A program made the translations under genes and the position numbers. A stretch of 64,000 nucleotides of DNA from an uncultured Fibrobacteria bacterium. GTDB lineage: Bacteria; Fibrobacterota; Fibrobacteria; UBA11236. Shown in pieces: positions 10,597 through 21,445 of the stretch; within the stretch, counting starts at the first letter, position 1, and the number at the start of each line of letters is the position of its first letter. Below the pieces are notes generated by a model that was not told the origin of the DNA, searched no databases, and was given only the letters and a program-made list of their open reading frames with translations. The DNA lies in the NCBI GenBank assembly GCA_963716395.1, contig OY970309.1:2624001-2688000 (forward strand), read 5' to 3'.

Positions 10597-10686
10597 GGGA
10601 GAGGGCACTGCGCTATCGTCGCCGTGCGCTGCGGGCCGGATGCGTATGGGAATCCGTCGTGGCGGCGATTATATTTTCCGCCCTCC

Positions 10687-10759
<73 letters not shown>

Positions 10760-10959
10760 TAACTTTTACCGGGGGCGCGGTTTGAATCGGCCTCCGAAAA
10801 TTCCCAGCTACGTTCCGTGGTTCGCTTTACCGCCCGCGCTCAGGTATCCAGTCCGGCTCCGTTTTTCTTAAGGATACCTCTGGAAAAAGTCTTTTAGATT
10901 CGGCATGGACATGGGTAGCTAAGATGTGACCTATGTTCGAGTTCGAAATAGCCCGACGC

Positions 10960-11090
10960 GCGGGGTGCAACCCGATTCAGGTTGGTCGATCCGCTACCCG
11001 TCCGGTTTCGGCGAACACCTACCGCCCGCAGCCCTTCACCGCCCGTCGCCCTGGTCATCCACCCAAATACAGGCTCCACTTGCGACCAAG
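10960..11090 (-). mobile_element. Degraded IS5-family transposase C-terminal fragment
   Basis: SQVEPVFGWMTRATGGEGLRAVGVRR..TNL resembles the IS5 C-terminal pattern R.xVEHVFG.M...GG..R.IG..R...NL. Confidence 0.45.
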
Positions 11091-11344
11091 TCTTGGCCAC
11101 TAGGCCACTATCGGGTTCCACTATTTCCGCTCGCCCCGCGTTGATTCGATTCCGGCTTGGGACCGTAGTTCGCGAAACACCCGAACGGTTTTCTCATCGG
11201 GAATCCCATGCTCCAATCCCAGCCCCAGAAATCGCTAAAGGTAAAGAAGCGTTAGACGCATCATTCTAGGAACTCGGGTGATATAATCCATTTCAGGAGC
11301 CTACCCTGAAACCCTTTTGGAAATTATTTGGAAAGGCAATCAGC

Positions 11345-12814
11345 ATGTCGACTCAAATCCAATCGAGCACGGGAATTTTCGCCGCAACGGTTTTACTCCA
11401 CCTATGGCTCGCAACTCCCGCCACAGCGCAAGCAAGCGCGACCCTTTTGCAAAAATCGAATTTGGTTTATCAAGGCGCCTTCCGCGTTCCGGAAACCGAT
11501 TTCAGCTTTGGAGGCACGGCCATTGCCTATGATTCCGCCGACAACTCCCTATGGGTAACCAGCCACGATCAATTGACGGCGGAAATCAGCATTCCGACCC
11601 TCGTCAACAGCAGCGACATGAATCAACTGAAGACCGCAACCTTCCTCCAGAATTTCACGGATATCACCGAAGGGGGATTGCCAAACATCAATCCCGGCGA
11701 TCCAAACGCGAAAGACATCGGCGGGTATTTGCCGTACAACGGAAAGATCATCGTCACCGGATGGACATATTATGATGCGAATGCAACCCAAGTCCTGTCG
11801 CATTTCGTGTCCTCCCCCAACTTGGCGCTGACGGGGGATATTACCGGTCCCTATCAACTGGGAACCATGGGGGCGGGATTCGTATCGGGTTATATGACCT
11901 TGGTGCCCCCGGCCTGGCGCGACTCGCTGGGCGGTCCGGCCATCACGGGCCAATGCTGCATTCCCATCATATCCCGTACTTCATGGGGACCGGCCGCCTT
12001 CACCTTCGACCCGGTGGATCTGGGGGTGAAAAATCCCGTCCCCGTCAATCCCTTGGTGTACTACAGCACGGCCCACCCCACCTTGGGTGTCTTTGGGACC
12101 GCGGGAATAGACACTTTGTTCAACGGATGCAGCCAAGTCAACGGCGTGGTTTTTCCCAATGGATCCCGGACGATTTTATTTATCGGCAGCAATGGCGTCG
12201 GGGATTTTTGTTATGGAATCGGGGGAGTGGATTGCAATGATCCGGCCGACGCTTCCAAAGGGGATCATGCCTACCCTTATGTGTACCAAATATGGGCCTA
12301 TGACGCCATGGATTTCACCCGAGTGCATGAGGGAAAAATGCAGCCGTGGGAAATTACCCCTAATGCGGTGTGGACCTTCGACTTGCCGTTTGAAAGCGAT
12401 GACAAGCACCTAATCGGTGGGGCCGCTTATGACCCTGCCACGCAACGGATTTTCATCTCGCAAATGAAAGCGGATCCCGGGACGGGATATTTTGACGGTC
12501 CCATCTTTCACGTATTCAAGGTGAATTTGAACACCGCCTCGATCGGGAAGGACTCTCCGTCTTCCCAAATTGGTCCGCTGAGGATGCGAATGGATCAAAT
12601 GGACAAGGTGGTGCGCTTTTCCCCGGGGGCGGGCCGGGAATTTCCAACACGCTTGACCATCCGCAGTATTTCCGGAACCCGGATTGCGGAACTGACGCCG
12701 GGGGCACAGGGTATCTTCACGTGGAATGTTTCAGGAAACGCTCCAGGTATGTACCTCGTACGGGCGAATTATTCCGACCGAATCCAAACGCAAGTCGTGA
12801 CCTTGATGAAGTGA
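11345..12814 (+). CDS. Secreted protein of unknown function (probable beta-propeller) with a T9SS/FlgD-like C-terminal domain
   Basis: Signal peptide (..ATPATAQA), GGTAIAYD/GGAAYD repeats, and C-terminus ISGTRIAEL..FTWN...PGMYLVR...VVTLMK. Confidence 0.7.
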   Translation: MSTQIQSSTGIFAATVLLHLWLATPATAQASATLLQKSNLVYQGAFRVPETDFSFGGTAIAYDSADNSLWVTSHDQLTAEISIPTLVNSSDMNQLKTATFLQNFTDITEGGLPNINPGDPNAKDIGGYLPYNGKIIVTGWTYYDANATQVLSHFVSSPNLALTGDITGPYQLGTMGAGFVSGYMTLVPPAWRDSLGGPAITGQCCIPIISRTSWGPAAFTFDPVDLGVKNPVPVNPLVYYSTAHPTLGVFGTAGIDTLFNGCSQVNGVVFPNGSRTILFIGSNGVGDFCYGIGGVDCNDPADASKGDHAYPYVYQIWAYDAMDFTRVHEGKMQPWEITPNAVWTFDLPFESDDKHLIGGAAYDPATQRIFISQMKADPGTGYFDGPIFHVFKVNLNTASIGKDSPSSQIGPLRMRMDQMDKVVRFSPGAGREFPTRLTIRSISGTRIAELTPGAQGIFTWNVSGNAPGMYLVRANYSDRIQTQVVTLMK

Positions 12815-13086
12815 TGGAGGGTCGGGACTTCGCTATGTCCACTTGGGCTGCGCGAAGGAGAGTAAAGGCATCGCTGCCAACAGAATCAGAAGCAAGCTTT
12901 GTTTTGCAATTTTCAGGTTGAGTTTACCGGGAGACGCGGAAAGGTTTCGCGATTCTCTGGCCGGCTCCATTTGATTTGACATGAAAAAGTATCGAGAGTT
13001 GATCCAATTTCGAAAATATTGAACCCATGCACCGGACGAAATAATCCGGAACCGCGAGGAGGTTTTTCGGCGCGTTCTGTTCTCGG

Positions 13087-16000
13087 CTAGACTTCGGACT
13101 TTTCTTTCAACGCCTCATAGAGCCGAGCGGGCCCGAGCAAAATCTCCTTTAATCCGCTCCGCACCTTTTCCGACCCAAGCGCCTGAGTGCTCATCGTGGT
13201 ATGCGCGTCAAGGCATCCATGATGGCGTTCATCAATTCATTCGTTAGGTCGGGGGAATTGGCGAATTGCTCCTTGGTGTTGTTGGACGCCTGCTGCCCAG
13301 GATTTCCGATTCCAGCAGCTTGCCCTTGATCACGTTGTTGACGTAAACCAGCTTGTCCTGGTCCGTCAGTTCGCCTTCAAACAGGTCGTTGACCTTCTGG
13401 CGATGATCTCGTCCAGACAGGCCTTTTCCTTTTCCTGCACGCGCTGCCGCCCGCTTCGGTGATCGGTTCCAGCTTCGGGTGTCTCGCCGTCGTCAAGGGC
13501 AGATCGCTGCTGCCCTGGTCCTTCAGGTTGTGATGCGTCAGGACCACTTGGACAGGTCGATGCCTTCGCGTTCGCGGCCGAATTCGAGCAGGGGCAGCAC
13601 GTGCTTGAAGAAGATCGATCGCTTTTCGATAGCGGTGTTGCCGTAGTCGAAGATCTGGGACAGGAACGTGTAGAGCCGATGAAATGCTCCCATGTCGGGC
13701 TGGAACAGCAGCAGCGCGTCCAGCTCGTCCTGGGCCGCCTCGGCGGCGGCTTTGTCCTTCTTTTCCTTGGCGAGCTTCAAGGCCTCCTGCGCCGCCTTGT
13801 AAGCGCTTCAGAAGCCGATCGACCACGGGCTCCACCGCCGCCACCAGCTCGCTTTGCTTGGCGTTCGGCTTCAGCTCGACGGCCACCACGCGATCGACCT
13901 CGAAATCGTCGTAATGACCGGCGGCGTCCAGTTTGGCGCGCAGGTTGTAGACCAGATTCGGATCGGTCACGTCTGCCAGTTCCGCCGTGGTGTAATATGT
14001 CTTGAAGGCCGCGAGCACGTCCGCGGTGTCGTTCACGAAATCCAGCACGTAGGTCGTGTCCTTGCCGGGATAGGCACGATTCAGCCGCGAAAGGGTTTGC
14101 ACGGCCTGAATGCCCGCCAACCGCTTATCCACGTACATCCCGCAAAGCAAGGGCTGATCAAAGCCGGTCTGGAACTTGTTCGCCACCAGCAGAATCTGAA
14201 ATTCGTCGGTGTTGAAGGCTTCGCGGATGTCGCGGCCTTCAGGTTGGGATTCAGCGTTTGCTGTTTTCGGTGAAATGGATCGGGGCCGGATTCCTTGTCG
14301 TTCACTTCTCCCGAAAACGCCACCAGCGTGCCGATTTCGTAGCCGCGATCCGTGATGTATTTGTCGATGGCGATTTGCCAGCGCACAGCCTCCTGTCGGC
14401 TGGCCACCACCACCATCGCCTTGGCCTGGCCGTTCAGCAAAGGCGCGACGTATTGGTGGAAATGCTCGACCACGACCTGCACCTTTTGCGCGATGTTATA
14501 GGGATGCAGCCGCACCCAGCCCATGATGCCCTTCATGGCCGCGCTGCGTTCGACCTCTTTTTCGTCTATCTCCTTGCCATTGTGGGCCAGCTTGAAGGCC
14601 AATTTGTAAGGGCGTGTAATTCTTGAGCACGTCGAGAATGAAGCCCTCTTCAATGGCTTGGCGCATGGAATAAACGTGGAAGGCCGTCGGCATATTTTCG
14701 GAACTGACGGGTGGCTTGGGATCGGGGCGACGGCCGAATAGTTCGAGAGTTTTGGCCTTGGGCGTGGCCGTGAAAGCGACGTAGGTAATGCCGCGATCGC
14801 TCGGCCCTGGCCGCCATTTGCGCCGCCAAAATATCTTCGGTGCCGACTTCGCCGCCGTCTTCCAACTCTTTCAATTCTTCGGCGGAAAGCACCGCTTTGA
14901 GTTTGGAGGCCGCTTCGCCGGTCTGCGAGGAATGGGCTTCATCGGCGATCACCGCGAAACGTTTTCCCTGTGTCGCCGCCAGTTCTTGCACGGCCTTCAG
15001 GGCAAAGGGAAAGGTCTGAATGGTGCAAACGACGATTTTCTTGCCGCCGGACAATGCCTTGGCCAGTTCGCTGCTTTTGCTGGCGCTTTCGCCGTTGATG
15101 GTGGCCACCACGCCGATCGGTACGCTCGAAGTCGAAAATGCGCTTCCTGCAATGGCTGTCGAGCACGTTGCGATCCGAAACCACCAGCACGGAGTCAAAA
15201 ACCTTTCTTGTTTTTCATCGTGCAGGTCGGCCAGAAAATGCGCCGTCCAGGCGATGGAGTTGGTCTTGCCCGATCCGGCCGAATGCTGAATCAAGTATTT
15301 GCCGCCCAGCCCTTCGGAACGCACGGCGGCCAGTAGTTTGCGGGTTACGTCGAGTTGGTGATAGCGTGGGAAAATAAAAGATTCGAGATTGTTTCTTTTT
15401 GTCTTTCTTGGCCACCATGTATCGACCAAGGATTTCCAGCCAACTATCGCGTTCCCAAACTTCTTCCCACAAATACGCCGTGCGATGCCCTTTTTCGGTT
15501 CGGCGGATTGCCCGCCGCGCCGTCGTTGCCTTTGTTGAAGGGCAGAAATTTGTGCCCGGCCCGGCCAACCTGGTGGTCATTTGCACTTCGGAATTGCTGA
15601 CGGCGAAATGCACCAGCGCCCCGGTGGGGAAGGAAAGCAAAGGTTCGACGGCGTTTTGCCCCTTGGGCCTGGGATGGCGGTCGAAGCGGTATTGATCAAC
15701 GGCGTCTTGCACCGATTGGGTGAAGTCGGTTTTCAATTCCACCGTGGCCACGGGTAGGCCGTTCAGGAAAAGCGCCAAGTCAATGGAATTTTCGTTGTGC
15801 TGGGAATAATGCACTTGGCGCACCACGCGCAAGCGATTGGCGGCGTAGCTTGGCCATGATTTCGGGATTCATGGCCAAGGCCGGTTTAAATTGCGCCAAT
15901 GCCAAGGGTTCGCGCAAGAAAATCATTTCGATGCCATGCCGCAAAACTTCCAGCGTGCCGTTTTTGTTCAACAACTCCCGCACGCGATTGAGCAAGGTTT

Positions 16001-16205
16001 CGCCCGCCTGCGCGCCGTGGTTCTTGGTCAATGCCTCCCAGGCTTTGGGCTGAGTCTCTTGCACCCAGGCCAGCAAGTCGGCGGGGAATAAGGCCCTCGC
16101 GCGATCATAGTTTTGCGCATCGCCTTCGGCATAAAGCCAGCCGTGGCCCGCGAGGTATTCGCAAACCTCGGTTTCAAAATTCATTTCTTTATGCAAGCTG
16201 CTCAT
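13087..16205 (-). pseudogene. hsdR: Type I restriction endonuclease subunit R, split by more than 10 frameshifts (pseudogene or sequencing errors)
   Basis: Successive frames give E..FE.E, IDLALFLNGLPVATVELK, QHSAGSGKT, DEAH, YSMRQAIEEGFILDVL, ANKFQTGFDQP and QTLSRLNR, ending ...LYEALKEKSEV* at 13087. Confidence 0.9.
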
Positions 16206-16216
16206 AAAAGAATCTT

Positions 16217-17083
16217 TCAGGCTTCCCGCACGTTTTTCTTAATCCAAGTCCATTGTTCAATCAAAACACTTTGTATTTGAGAACTGAGACTTTCTATTTC
16301 AATTTTGAATTCGGATTTTTTGTTTTTCAAAAAGGACATCTTAGCTTCGTGGGTGCCGGGAAGCTCATTAGCTTTATGGGCTTCATTTAGAAGGTTTTTT
16401 ATGTCCTTAATCTTTTCAAGAATACGCTTGCCTTCTTCATCTACTTTGAACAGTAGCCCCATTTTTAATTCTGTTGCTCGAAACTCCGCTTGCGCCGCTT
16501 CAACCTCAGCCCCCATTTGCGCTAACGTGAATTCTCTATTTTTAATTAGGGCAAGTCTTTCTAAAGCGCCCTGCTCCTCAATATTCTTTTTTGGGCCGGG
16601 CATATTCCAATTGGTAAATTCATTTGCATCCAAATAGTGCGCCCTTAGATTTATCCATTTATTTGCGCTTACGATAAAACCTGCCGTTGCGTCGCGAAGG
16701 TAATTCATCCATCGTTCACGAAATCGCCCCTCTTCTGAAAGTGCTGAGGATTTGATTTGTCGTCCTAACATAAAGCCGGAAATGCTTATGCCCCCAAGGC
16801 CGATAATTGCGATAGCAACCTGAACCCAAAAGCCTCAATCGAAATCCGGTTTTATAGGTGTTGTGTCATTGCAGCAAGCCTCATTCGATATTGTGATAAT
16901 GTTTTGATTTGAAGATGCCTTTATTGAATCTGAAGCTTTCGAGGCGTTGGATACGGTTTTGTGTAAGGGAATGTGTGAGTGTATGGGCAATGATAAGGTG
17001 GTGCAACAGGCTGACAGGTATCCGGGTTCGCAAATATGGTGACAGCAAAAAGAGATAATCCGACGAAAAAAGTTTTCACCCAA
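16217..17083 (-). CDS. Low-GC hypothetical membrane-anchored coiled-coil protein interrupted by one in-frame TGA (16835-16837)
   Basis: ORFs 16835-17083 and 16217-16771 share a frame. The segment between them reads GFWVQVAIAIIGLGGISISGF, a likely TM helix. Confidence 0.6.
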
Positions 17084-17094
17084 GTTCCCCTAGA

Positions 17095-18419
17095 TTAATT
17101 GTTAATGCTCTCACGGGCTAATTCACGCACATCGTATTTTCCCCGTGACGGCGGCGGAGATCAAAGCGGTGCGGCGTTCTTGAAGCAAGTTAGTGGCGTG
17201 TTGTGCTTCGGCGATCAGGTTGTCGATCTTAGCGGTTTCGCGGTCGAGGAAGGCGGCGATGGATTGTTGTTCACTCAAAGGTGGAAAAGCGATGGCAAAG
17301 TTTCGCACGAAATCGTCTGGTACACGCTTTTGCCCGCCCGCGCCATACATGAATGACACGCCTTGTTTACGAAATGGTGAGGAAATAAAAATCCAATGCA
17401 GATATGGGCCAATTACCTCTTCTGTTTTTGGACGAGCGACGATCAATTCCGTTATTCCAAATCCAATACCATTTCGTAAACCCAGCATCATAGCGCCTTT
17501 TCCGTTTTCAAAACATGGGGTAATCTTTGCAATGGTTACATCACCATCCCGTGAAAATATAGGTGTAGCCGGTTTCAACTTCTCGGATCGGTTTTTCTTG
17601 CTCTAAGTTCAGAGTACCATCATCCCCAATTGCTTCCATTGGAAGAAACGAAACCAGATATTCCCTATCTAGTTCGCTTGTTTCTGATTTGGATGGATTC
17701 AATTTTGTAACGAACCGGAGCCTTTTTTCCTCCCAATGTTCCGGCACCTCGCCCAGCCATTCAATCCCCGAATCCTTCATCTTCGCCTTCGGGTTCAAGC
17801 CCTTGGTAACCGCATGCGAAATCACGGCCTGACGTTTTTCCGTCAGCAGTGCGATCAGTTTTTCTTTTTCGGCGATCAGGGTGTCGATCTTGGCGGTTTC
17901 GCGGTCGAGGAAGGCCGCGATGGCAAGTTGTTCCTGTGGTGGCGGGCATAAACACCTGGCGTTCCCGACTTGCTCAATGGATACAGCTTCGTAAGTGCTA
18001 CCAGTCGCGACAGAAAAAAGTTCTTCTTTGATTATTTGAAGAGCATGCAATAAATATCGTTGTGAGTTTTTGGCTTTAGGAGATAAGGCACATAATCCTC
18101 TGCCAATCCCATACGCTTGGTCTGCAACGTTGATCGCACCAACAGGTGCCCGTACAGAAAACAAAATATCGTGCGTCTGTGCGAACTTATTTGCTACCGA
18201 GCAGAAATATCTTGGTGAAGGACAAACATTCCCAAAGTCAGCATTTCCTTGAAGAAAGGGAATGCCTTCGCCTTCTTGGTTACAATCTTCCGAGTTGGGC
18301 GATTGGCCCATTTTTATTGATGCAAAAATTTTAAGACGTAATGTCTCCCAATGCTCCGGCACCTCACCCAGCCATTCAACGCCGCTATTCTTGTATTTCG
18401 GGTATCGCGGAAAACTCAT
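17095..18419 (-). CDS. hsdS: Type I R-M specificity subunit S (frameshifts near 17555 and 17135)
   Basis: [36 protein letters not shown] twice, [16 protein letters not shown] and [11 protein letters not shown](DV). Confidence 0.92.
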
Positions 18420-18826
18420 GCGGGAACAAACGGATTGAGAATAGTCAATCCTTCTTCAAGTTTTTGGCCATGCTGCATATCCTCGCTGTAAAAAAAGCGG
18501 CAGCGATGTTCGATGGCCGAAGCCAGATGCAGGGAGTCGAAGTAGGAATAGCGGTAGCGTTGGCCGAGGTCCAGGGCTTGCCGTACCGTGTATTGCGAAA
18601 GCGGGAGGATGGGAAATTTCTCGGCGATGAGATCCACGGCCGCTCGAACACCGGCATGCGGATATTTTCTTTTCTTGAGAAGGTACGAACAGAATTCGTG
18701 CATGACTTGCAAACTCAAGCAGGTTCCGTCTTCTCCGGCGGCTTGGACGGCGCGGGACTTTTTCTCGGGATCTTCGCTGAAAAGGTAGGCGACGATATTA
18801 GTGTCCAGAAAAATTCTATTCGGCAT
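18416..18826 (-). CDS. PIN-domain (VapC-like) toxin
   Basis: [26 protein letters not shown] and YSEDMQHG. Its stop overlaps the hsdS start (ATGA). Confidence 0.9.
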   Translation of the reverse strand: MPNRIFLDTNIVAYLFSEDPEKKSRAVQAAGEDGTCLSLQVMHEFCSYLLKKRKYPHAGVRAAVDLIAEKFPILPLSQYTVRQALDLGQRYRYSYFDSLHLASAIEHRCRFFYSEDMQHGQKLEEGLTILNPFVPA

Positions 18827-19022
18827 AGGCTTCGTCGCGTCGGAAGGGCAAGTCTTCGCGCGCAATCACCAAGGCGTCAAATCGCTTTGGCCACGAAAAT
18901 TTGGCGGCTTCTTGGACGCGCAGTTTCCGGCAAACCATTTCCATGCTTCCCAGGTTGCGGGCCAGATGCCGCCGGGCCGGTTTGGTATTGAAATTTTGGG
19001 ATGGCGCGGTTGCAGTTTTCAT
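18816..19022 (-). CDS. Putative antitoxin for the PIN toxin
   Basis: 68-aa ORF overlapping the PIN start and ending F-RRDEAYAE, like many PIN-associated antitoxins. Confidence 0.6.
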   Translation of the reverse strand: MKTATAPSQNFNTKPARRHLARNLGSMEMVCRKLRVQEAAKFSWPKRFDALVIAREDLPFRRDEAYAE

Positions 19023-19025
19023 TGG

Positions 19026-19361
19026 CTATTCTCCCGCGGCGGATTTCGCCCGGCTTTTTAGTCGGGATAGCTCCGCTTCCTTTTCATCCAAGGCCTGTTC
19101 CAGAAGGGCGAATTCCTTTTTCATTTTTTCATGGGCGAGTTGAAGCTGGCGCAAAGCGGTTTTGAATTTTTCTTTTTCCAAGAATACATGCGCCAATTCC
19201 CTTTTCGAGTCGTCGAGGCGGCCTTTCATTTCCGCGCGATCCCAGGCCTGAATGGCGTTGCCGAACATGCTGGCGGCGGACAAAATTCCTTTCCAATCCA
19301 CATCCTCGGAAGTTGAACGCTTTTTTGTTGCCACGACGCGTTTTCCCCTAGCTTGATTCAT
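19026..19361 (-). CDS. Hypothetical coiled-coil protein
   Basis: GAAGGAG RBS, K/E/L-rich heptads, co-oriented within the hsd operon. Confidence 0.65.
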   Translation of the reverse strand: MNQARGKRVVATKKRSTSEDVDWKGILSAASMFGNAIQAWDRAEMKGRLDDSKRELAHVFLEKEKFKTALRQLQLAHEKMKKEFALLEQALDEKEAELSRLKSRAKSAAGE

Positions 19362-19445
19362 GGTGCTCCTTCCGGTTTTCCGGCCCATTGAAAATAAGAA
19401 GCGGCGGCTTTTTGGGGAGACCTGTTAACATGGCGTTTTGGCCTC

Positions 19446-21281
19446 TCAGGCCGACAATTCCCCGATCAAAGTGAGAATGCGGTCGGTGACGCCCTTTAGT
19501 TCGGCGTCGATTTCGGCTAATGGACGCGACGGCTCGAAAACGTAGAAGTAGCGGTTGAACGGGATTTCATAGCCCACCTTGGTTTTCTCTTCGTCAATCC
19601 AGGCATCGGGTGCATGCGTCAGCACTTCGCGTTGGAAATAGGCTTGAATGTCTTCGCGAAGCGGTACGTTTTCGGTATCGCGCAGGTTACTATCGGCCAA
19701 AGGCTTGTCTTTGAGTTTACCCCTTTCACCCAGAACGATTTTTCCGGTTTGATCGCGCAACGGCCGTTCCACCGTGATGGTGCGATACCCGAATTCCTCA
19801 TTGCGGAATATGCGCGAAAGCGGCGCCATCTTGAGCTTGCCGCCCTTGGGTGCCGTGGGCGCGACCTTGCTCTTGGTTAGAATTTGCCGGGAAATCTCCT
19901 TGCCTTCGGCGTCCTGCACGATGGTCAATTGCGCTTCCGCGCCTTGCTTGAAAAGGTGGACGATGTCGGCGATATGGTCTTCGGATAATTCCTTGCGCTT
20001 GCTGCCCAGGCTTTTGCGCATCTTCTGCCAAAAATCCGAAGCGTCGATGAGTTGCACCTTTCCCTTGCGGGATTTCGGTTTGTCGTTGGTAAGAATCCAG
20101 ACATAGGTTGAAATGCCCGTGTTGTAGAACATGTCGGTGGGCAGGGCGATGATGGCTTCGAGCAAATCGTTTTCCAGCACATAGCGGCGGATTTCACTTT
20201 CGCCCGAACCGGCGCCGCCGGTGAAAAGCGGAGAGCCGTTCAAGACGATGCCGAAGCGGCTGCCGCCGTCTTTGGACGGCCGCATCTTGTGGATCAGGTG
20301 CAGCAAAAACAAAAGCGAGCCGTCGGAAACCCGAGGCAAGCCGGGACCGAAGCGCCCGTTGAAGCCTTGCTCTTCATGTTCCTTTCTGATTTCCTTTTCG
20401 ACTTTTTTCCATTCCACGCCGAAGGGCGGATTGGAAAGCATGTAATCGAATTTGCGACTCGGATGCCCGTCGTCCGCAAGCGTGTTTCCAGCTACGATGT
20501 TGGCCACGTCCTGGCCCTTGATCAGCATATCGGCTTTGCAAATGGCATAGGATTCGTCGTTCAATTCCTGCCCGAACATGGTCAGCCGTGCCTTGGGATT
20601 GCGTTCTTCCAGATATTCATCGGCCACCGAAAGCATGCCGCCCGTTCCCGCCGCCGGGTCATAGATGGTGCGCACGATGCCGGGCAAAGTCAAATCCTTT
20701 TCATCTTCAACGAACAGCAATTTGACCATGAGGCGGATCACTTCGCGCGGCGTGAAATGTTCTCCGGCGGTTTCATTGGAGATTTCCGCGAACTTGCGGA
20801 TCAATTCTTCAAAGGCCAAACCCATTTGGGAATTGTTCACGGATTCGGGGGAAAGGTTAATGCCCGCGAAGCGCTCGGTGACTTGGTACAGCAGCTTGGA
20901 TTTGGCCAGCCGGTCGATTTGGGAGTAGAAATCGAAGCGTTCAAATATGTCCCGGGCCGAAGCCGAAAAGGCTTGGGTGTAGGAGTAAAGGTTTTCCTTA
21001 ATATGGTCTTGATCACCCATGAGTTTTTTCATGTCCAAAAGGGAGGTATTGAAAAATCCCACCTTGGTTTTGCGCAACAAAAAAGGTTCCCAAGCGATTT
21101 TGGCTTTTTTCTTTTCGGTGTATTCCTTGAGCACGGCCGCCTTGGTCGGTTCTAAGACACAATCCAAGCGGCGCAACACCGTGAAAGGCAAAACCACCTT
21201 GCCGTATTCGGATTGCTTGTAATCGCCGCGCAGAAGTTCGGCGATAGACCAAATGAATGAAGACAGGGCTTGTTGATTCAT
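19446..21281 (-). CDS. hsdM: Type I R-M N6-adenine methyltransferase subunit M (intact)
   Basis: [19 protein letters not shown] (motif I), SNPPFG (motif IV) and [11 protein letters not shown]. Confidence 0.96.
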   Translation of the reverse strand: MNQQALSSFIWSIAELLRGDYKQSEYGKVVLPFTVLRRLDCVLEPTKAAVLKEYTEKKKAKIAWEPFLLRKTKVGFFNTSLLDMKKLMGDQDHIKENLYSYTQAFSASARDIFERFDFYSQIDRLAKSKLLYQVTERFAGINLSPESVNNSQMGLAFEELIRKFAEISNETAGEHFTPREVIRLMVKLLFVEDEKDLTLPGIVRTIYDPAAGTGGMLSVADEYLEERNPKARLTMFGQELNDESYAICKADMLIKGQDVANIVAGNTLADDGHPSRKFDYMLSNPPFGVEWKKVEKEIRKEHEEQGFNGRFGPGLPRVSDGSLLFLLHLIHKMRPSKDGGSRFGIVLNGSPLFTGGAGSGESEIRRYVLENDLLEAIIALPTDMFYNTGISTYVWILTNDKPKSRKGKVQLIDASDFWQKMRKSLGSKRKELSEDHIADIVHLFKQGAEAQLTIVQDAEGKEISRQILTKSKVAPTAPKGGKLKMAPLSRIFRNEEFGYRTITVERPLRDQTGKIVLGERGKLKDKPLADSNLRDTENVPLREDIQAYFQREVLTHAPDAWIDEEKTKVGYEIPFNRYFYVFEPSRPLAEIDAELKGVTDRILTLIGELSA

Positions 21282-21417
21282 GGGAATCTGTCTCGATGAA
21301 AGGGAGAGATCGGTTTACAAGGTAGTTTGGGGGTAAATCCAAGCCTTGGATACATCAAAAATCGCTTAGAGTAGTCATTTTCCATCGAAAATCGGCAATT
21401 CCCGCCCACTCGCATAC

Positions 21418-21439
21418 TGCACAAAAGAGCAGTTATAAT
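21418..21439 (+). promoter_or_regulatory. LexA (SOS) box of Fibrobacter type plus a -10 element upstream of umuD
   Basis: TGCAC-AAAA-GAGCA, whose reverse complement TGCTC-N4-GTGCA fits the Fibrobacter LexA consensus TGCNC-N4-GTGCA. TATAAT follows at 21434-21439. Confidence 0.7.
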
Positions 21440-21445
21440 TCCATC

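Noticed and set aside
16835-16837. In-frame TGA as selenocysteine or genetic-code reassignment
   Set aside because: TGA is a normal stop throughout the window, the context suggests Trp, and no SECIS or redox motif is evident
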